64,000 nt of DNA from Macrostomum lignano (lineage: Eukaryota). Shown here one piece after another: positions 57,201-64,000 of this stretch. The stretch is from assembly GCA_002269645.1 (NCBI GenBank), contig NIVC01000434.1, positions 62,001-126,000 on the forward strand. Reading direction: 5' to 3'. Below the pieces are notes generated by a model. It saw nothing but the letters and a program-made list of their open reading frames with translations. It was not told the origin of the DNA and did not search any database. The position numbers and the translations under genes are program-made. Positions within the stretch are counted from its first letter, which is position 1. Each line of letters begins with the position of its first letter.

Positions 57201-57439
57201 ACCATGTTTTAAAACGGTATCCCTAAATTGGCTCAAATGTTGCTTCGTAACAATGTTGCATATTTTATTGCGTGTAGTTTCTGTTAGTGAGCATTTTCTG
57301 CTTCAGAGTATCTGATTATGTTAATAAACTGCTTCAAATGACAATTTACCCGAGTTGTAGATTCTGATTTATGTTTGAATAATTTTTTATGAATAGTGTA
57401 AAAAAACTACTTAACTTGTCGCTTCTTTGAGAGTCTATC

Positions 57440-57670
57440 TCTAATCTATCCTGAGAATCGTCTCTAATCCACCTTGAGAATCGTCTCTAATCCACCTTGA
57501 GAATCGTCTCTAAGCTACCCTGAGAATCGTCTCCAAGCTACCCTGAGAATCGTCTCTAAGCTACCCTGAGAATCGTCTCTAATCCACCATGAGAATCGTC
57601 TCTAATCCACCTTGAGAATCGTCTCTAAGCTACCATGAGAATCGTCTCTAATCCACCTTGAGAATCATCT
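57440..57670. repeat. 23-bp minisatellite (GAGAATCGTCTCTAATCCACCTT)
   Basis: Directly visible. Confidence 0.92.
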
Positions 57671-57933
57671 CCAATTTAACCTTTAGGTTTTAAGGCCTAA
57701 AATGTATAGTGAACATTTAAGAGTCGCCTCTGATCTATTAAATGTGCTTTAATCCATTTTATTTTAAGACTTAAGAAATACTAAACTAAGAATAACTTCT
57801 TGGTCTTTAGTTGTAACGTAAATTTTTTTACTTATTTTGTTCATGGTCATTCAATTAATAACAAAAAAACCCTTCGGATCGGAGGAAATCAGATATTGCA
57901 AACCCATAATAAGCATCCAGTCAATTAATCGTT

Positions 57934-58551
57934 ATGCCAGCCGATCTTGTACAAGAGCAAAGTCTGCATCATCCTCACAATCAGCAGCAGCGCTACTCGG
58001 CCAGCGACAGTACCACGCCTAACAATGAGTTTGTCTACTATCCAATTGGCTCCATAATCGATCTAGTAACATCTTGCGATCGTCGAATACCCCGAGCGGA
58101 AGTGCTGTTCCACGACCCGCTCTATAACATTGTGATAGTGAAATATCCAGCTTCTAGTGGCCGGGCAGGCCTACACGATATCACCTTTGTCCGACTGAAT
58201 CACGCTAAACGCGTTGAATTGATATCTTATCCGGAACAATTCTCTGCTAATTCCAGTGCTACTGTTAGTAGTAGTAATGCTACAATTGAACAGCAATCAT
58301 CTGGATCGAATAGTTCGCGTAAAACTAATGCCACATTTGCTGCTGTTGCCGCCGCTCCCGCGTCAGTTTCTGCAACAGCGAATTCTACAGTCGATGTCAA
58401 TCACCATGACGATTCGAACGAGATTTTCAATGCTGCCTTCTCCGCAGCCGATATTGATCTTGACAAAGTTCGCGCCAGACTGAACCGCAGCCTACAACTA
58501 ATTGATCGCGGAAGCGCTTTAATTGAAACTGAATCTAATTCGAACGAATAG
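57934..58551 (+). CDS. LSM12: LSM12-like protein (205 aa, intronless; LSm domain present, anticodon-binding domain apparently absent)
   Basis: [63 protein letters not shown] aligns by eye with human LSM12 [26 protein letters not shown]...[38 protein letters not shown] resembles the LNVSKLASK linker. Confidence 0.7.
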   Translation: [205 protein letters not shown]

Positions 58552-61500
58552 ATTTTACATTAATTAATTATTTGACCCGCTTGTAATGCTACACAATTTC
58601 CAGTAGGAAAACCAAGCCATTTTTTCGCCCATCGAGCTACCAAGTGGGGTGGGGGGAATTAAAATCAAAATAAAAAAATTAAAGGTGCCGACGGCGTCGG
58701 GGTGATTAATGAATGCTTGAGAGACCAGCTGAAGATGTCCAGCAGTTGAGGCTTGCCCACTGTGGAGGCTTGATCAGCGAAACTCGACAAATTTGCATCA
58801 GAGTGTCCATAGTCACCTGGTGCCGCCTGTTGAAGTTCCAGAAGCTCCGCCTAGGTGAAAGCCAGTAACCAACCAAATCAGAGCTGATGCAGACAAATTC
58901 GGTCGGCGTGCTGATGAAATTTGGAGTCTTGGCAACAAGGCTGCACTGAGGCGCAGTGCTGATTGGCGCACAGGGGTGTACTGAAAACACTAGAGCTTAT
59001 TAAAAAAGTCAGACCTTCTGGCAGAATCGTCGAATATCTCGACAGTCCGGATGCTAACAAATTGATTCTTGTTTGAGAAGGTACGCAACAAAAATTTAGC
59101 CTGTGTGCCTGCTTTGCTCCGTTCAGGCGCGGCAAAAAATGTCAGGGGGGGGGGTGTCCCTCTATCTTGGTAGTTCTACTGTTAATAAGGCATTGGCGTC
59201 TAAGCCAAATAAAAATTGAGCAAAAATGCAAAAAATTAGCAATAAAAACACAACAAACACGCTCTACTTTACCAACAAACTTAATTTTTAAGACTTCTTA
59301 TTTTACGGTTTGTACATGCAAATTGCTTGACTGACGATATGTTGAGTAGTTGTTATAGTGAGAGCTGATTTTTCGTTTCTAAAAGTATATATTGTTTGCT
59401 CATAAATGTTCTGGTATTAATAGGAGTAAAAAAAACAAATTAAACAGACTTCATTGCAGCGTTGTGTGTGCTAGTAGTGCCTTGCCAATAACCATAGTAT
59501 ACTTCTGTTTGTTGTTCAATATCTGTTTTGCTGTTATTAATAATTTGCTTTGTACTTCTGTTCTGTAATGTTGCCAAAATTGCAGATTAAATTATCATTA
59601 ATGCGAGTACTATATCTCTTTGTGTTTTGCTATGAATGTTCTTCTACTAAATGATCTTTATTTGTTTGAACTCCATTTTAATTTCAAGTCAATCTCCCCT
59701 CAGAATCCAAGTAAATTTCTCTTGATATTGAATTTCCCTTACAAGTTGATGTTCCTTTTGAGTCCATGTTTAATTCTTCAAATCCTTTAAGTCGCATCAA
59801 TAATCTTAGGCAAGCTAATTAAAAAACGGTTTCTTATGGTTCGTGCATTTACAACATCGCCTGTTTTCTGGGTTATAATCATTCTTGTTTATGAATTTAG
59901 TGTGAAAGAGTTTAATCTATCGAGTTAATAACGCCCTTATTTCAGAATACTAAAACCTATTTTATCGCAAAATGCACGTTTTATAATTTATCAGTTGTTT
60001 TGTTTTATAATCTAGCACAATATGTGGCTGCAGTAGTGTGTCTTGTTAGGTTGTACGCAAATTCACAGTCAATCATATTTGCACTCTTATGCACTCCATC
60101 TAAGTGTGTTTTTTGTTTCCGAGTTTACAGAAACACGCGCTGCTTAAGTACAGGTTTTTTTTCCATAAAGTTTCGAAAATCTATGAGTTCCCTGCAAACT
60201 GCTTGAAGTTTGTGATTCAGTCTTCATCTGTTGAACCATAATTTTATTCAACCTCTTTAGTGATATTGAATGGAGGTAAGTTTTCCATTAATTGTTTTTA
60301 TGATTGTGGGACATCTCATTTTGTTTGGCTTATTTTGCCATTAACTCTCTATCACCCTCCCCCCCCCCGAACCTCCCTCCTCACTTGCCCTCTTACCAAC
60401 TGTCTGCTCCCCTTCTCTGTTATCCTCTTTTTATCTCGCCGTCGACATCTTCCCTCACTTTCTCCTCGATTCTTGTCATCTAAAAGGCGTTTCCCTCCCT
60501 GCCCCTACTGAATTCAGCTGGAACTCAATAAATTATTCTCTTATAATTGCACATGCAGTCACTGTTATCAGCTGCTTTGTTTAGATTCTTTAATTGGAAT
60601 GTCGATGCTTGCGCTTGTTTCATTTCGAAAATAATAATATATTACGTAATAATTGCGAGTAATCGGTGTTTTTGAGTTAGATGTGCTTTACAAGTGTTCA
60701 CATTTGCCCCCTTACTTATATAGCCTTGTGAGGCAACACCTGCCCAGACAAAGTTTTTATTCGTACGAGTATATTTAAATTTTGCTTATCCATTTAACTG
60801 ATTGATTCGATCCTATGTAATTGTCTATAAAAATTTCGCCAGCTTCAAAATTCACAAATCAATCAGTCACATGTTATCCTCCTATATTGGCCGGCTTCCC
60901 TAATCGAACGTCAATTTGATCTGTTATTTTGTTTCCATTTGAATTGGCGCGAATAAGAATGCTTTCAAAGATGCGTGAACAAATGAATTCTTTTAAGAGG
61001 TTTAGTTAGTTTTTTTGAAGGTTTGATTTTCTAAACGAAATAAACTAGCAAATATGGAGTTTCTACTTTCAGCTCATTGTGAGTCATCTCACGGCGTTGA
61101 CGAAGTATTTTGAAGTCGTGCAGTTCCACTATATATATATAGTCGTATATACGCCTCGTACTATATAGCATATAATAATATTCCATCTATGGATTCTGCC
61201 TAGTAATGGCTTTAAACATACGGCCGCTCACGCCCGTTTTGCTACAAAATGAATATATGCGATGGGTTAACAAAGACGAGGTTTTTTTCAGTTCATTTTT
61301 ATCTGTGTTTAGTGTGCCTCTGTGCCGGCCTGCCTGCCCTCAAGCTCATTTTGCTCAGTCAGACTCATTTCAGAACTCTGTCTAGTCTTGCCTGACCCCG
61401 CCACAGGGGCAGGGCACCAATTCGCTGACAAAAAACCGTAGATTGTTCTCTGGGCCAGGGACTTCTAGATTTAAATGCATCTGGAATAGAAGAACTGTCT

Positions 61501-61624
61501 TTAAAGTCTCACTTTTTAAATGGAATTTGTTTTTTGTTAATATTACGCACGCTAACCTCTTAGATTTTCTTAGTATACAAAATTTTAAATAAACTACGTC
61601 TTACATGTGTAGCTTCTGGCCTCA

Positions 61625-63395
61625 GCCTTGACACTTCAGCAATTCCCTCTGTAAGCTTTGACATCTCAACATTTCCCCCTGTAAGCCTTGACATCTCAGC
61701 AATTCCCCCTGTAAGCCTTGACATCTCAGCAATTCCCCCTGTAAGCTTTGACATCTCAACAATTCCCCCTGTAAGCCTTGACATCTCAGCAATTCCCCCT
61801 GTAAGCCCTGACATCTCAACAATTCACCCTGTAAGCCTTGACATCTCAGCATTACCCCCATGAGGCTTTACATCTCAACAATTACCCCGTGAGCCTTGAC
61901 ATCTCAGCAATTCCCCCTGTTAGCCTTGACATCTCAGCAATTCCCCCTGTAAGCCCTGACATCTCAACAATTCACCCTGTAAGCCTTGACATCTCAGCAA
62001 TTCCCCCTGTAAGCCCTGACATCTCAACAATTCACCCTGTAAGCCTTGACATCTCAGCATTACCCCCATGAGGCTTTACATCTCAACAATTACCCCGTGA
62101 GCCTTGACATCTCAGCAATTCCCCCTGTAAGCCTTGACATCTCAGCAATTCCCCCTGTAAGCCTTGACATCTCAACATTTCCCCCTGTAAGCCTTGACAT
62201 CTCAGCAATTCCCCCTGTAAGCCTTGACATCTCAGCAATTCCCCCTGTAAGCTTTGACATCTCAACAATTCCCCCTGTAAGCCTTGACATCTCAGCAATT
62301 CCCCCTGTAAGCCCTGACATCTCAACAATTCACCCTGTAAGCCTTGACATCTCAGCAATTCCCCCTGTAAGCCTTGACATCTCAGCAATTCCCCCTGTAA
62401 GCCCTGACATCTCAACAATTCACCCTGTAAGCCTTGACATCTCGGCATTACCCCCATGAGGCTTTACATCTCAACAATTACCCCGTGAGCCTTGACATCT
62501 CAGCAATTCCCCCTGTAAGCCTTGACATCTCAGCAATTCCCCCTGTAAGCCTTGACATCTCAGCAATTCCCCCTGTAAGCTTTGACATCTCAACAATTCC
62601 CCCTGTAAGCCTTGACATCTCAGCAATTCCCCCTGTAAGCCCTGACATCTCAACAATTCACCCTGTAAGCCTTGACATCTCAGCAATTCCCCCTGTAAGC
62701 CTTGACATCTCAGCAATTCCCCCTGTAAGCCCTGACATCTCAACAATTCACCCTGTAAGCCTTGACATCTCGGCATTACCCCCATGAGGCTTTACATCTC
62801 AACAATTACCCCGTGAGCCTTGACATCTCAGCAATTCCCCCTGTAAGCCTTGACATCTCAGCAATTCCCCCTGTAAGCCTTGACATCTCAGCAATTCCCC
62901 CTGTGAGCCTTGACACTTCAGCAATTCCCCCTGTAAGCCCTGACATCTCAGCAATCCCCCCTGTAAGCCTTGACATCTCGGCAATTCCCCCTGTAAGCCT
63001 TGACCTCTCAGCAATTACCCCTGTGAGCCTTGACATCTCCGCTTTGAGCCTTGACATCTCCGCTTTGAGCCTTGACATCTCAGCAATTCCCCCTGTAAGC
63101 CTTGACATCTCAACATTTCCCCCTGTAAGCCTTGACATCTCAGCAATTCCCCCTGTAAGCCTTGACATCTCAACATTTCCCCCTGTAAGCCTTGACATCT
63201 AAGCAATTCCCCCTGTAAGCCTTGACACTTCAGCAATTCCCCCTGTAAGCCCTGACATCTCAGCAATTCCCCCTGTGAGCCCGGACACTTCAGCAATTCC
63301 CCCTGTAAGCCCTGACATCTCAGCAATTCCCCCTTTGAGCCCGGACACTTCAGCAATTCCCCCTGTACTCGTAAGCTTGGACATCTCAGCAATTC
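61625..63395. repeat. 30-bp minisatellite (GACATCTCAGCAATTCCCCCTGTAAGCCTT)
   Basis: Directly visible; a variant cassette recurs four times. Confidence 0.96.
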
Positions 63396-63815
63396 CGATC
63401 CGGAAAATACTGCCCTATGGTCTTCATCTGTCTGTGATACAAAACTTATTTGAGTGTTTTTGGAGTCTAGTCTCTACTCCAGATTTTATTTATAGGACTC
63501 CCTTGGCCAGGTGAAATGTAGATACAGGGTGAGAGACTTATAAGGCTCAACCAGATGCAGCAGCACATCTTCGGGGTTAAAAAATGGTAAAGACATTCTT
63601 TTCTCTCTCTCTCTCTCCTAGCTTTTTCTTAGATGCCCTGCGCGGTCCGAGTTTGCCCCCGCGTCACCCCTCCTGGCCGACCACCTCATTTTTGGGCGGC
63701 AATAAATTCCTTTGCCCAGCTGCTGCCTGCGGCTGCTTCTACTGTAGACCCAATTCCTCTGCTCTGTGACCAAAAAGTATTCTATAGACCATATCGCATA
63801 CGAGCTGCAGAGAAG

Positions 63816-63886
63816 ATGAACGGACAGCCCAGTAGGCAATTGCCAGATCCGGAGGAACTGCTAGGCCGCAGGTTTGTTGAAAGCAG
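63816..63886 (+). CDS. Putative first coding exon of a gene continuing beyond the window (MNGQPSRQLPDPEELLGRRFVES...)
   Basis: ATG at 63816 in a GC-balanced unique segment, ending at a strong donor AAGCAG|GTGAGT (63886/63887). Possible upstream acceptor TTCTATAG at ~63787. Product unidentified. Confidence 0.4.
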
Positions 63887-64000
63887 GTGAGTTTGCTATG
63901 AGTTACATGTAGATAATTTACAGGATTAAGATATGATATGAACAATGTGGTAGCCACTTGGTTAATGGTATAATCTTCGGTTCATTGTAGTCACAGAAAA

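Noticed and set aside
58690-59140. GC-balanced segment after LSM12-like as the missing AD exon or another gene
   Set aside because: The frames I translated are interrupted by stops and show no AD or other recognisable motif; probably a decayed repeat.

Overview
This is a eukaryotic (metazoan) window with GC-rich exons, GT-AG introns and many private minisatellites. The style suggests a repeat-rich invertebrate such as a Macrostomum-type flatworm, but that is inference only. Genes on the minus strand: a two-exon ankyrin-repeat gene (480-2387); a complete nine-exon ACAD10 (10227-38460, 1061 aa, HAD + APH-kinase + ACAD domains); and a FAM162-like exon (39366-39646). Genes on the plus strand: an intronless ankyrin-like/SOCS-box gene nested antisense in ACAD10 intron 8 (13621-15111); NDUFAF1/CIA30 with a GC-AG intron (54597-56758); an LSM12-like ORF lacking the C-terminal domain (57934-58551); and a probable first exon at the window end. 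Mobile DNA: a young 4.3-kb Ty3/gypsy LTR retrotransposon (45014-49310) with a -1 frameshift signal; a 1456-bp TIR element with 8-bp TSD and an internal fold-back; SINEs; and a MITE. The most striking observation is two tiny palindromes (34 and 38 bp) with CAAGGAC termini, each flanked by a perfect 8-bp target-site duplication. Their ends match a 535-bp MITE in the same window, and their size matches P-element-type excision footprints (about 17 bp of each TIR). No CRISPR, rRNA or intact tRNA gene is supported. Repeat boundaries are approximate and all homology calls are from motif recognition, not database searches.
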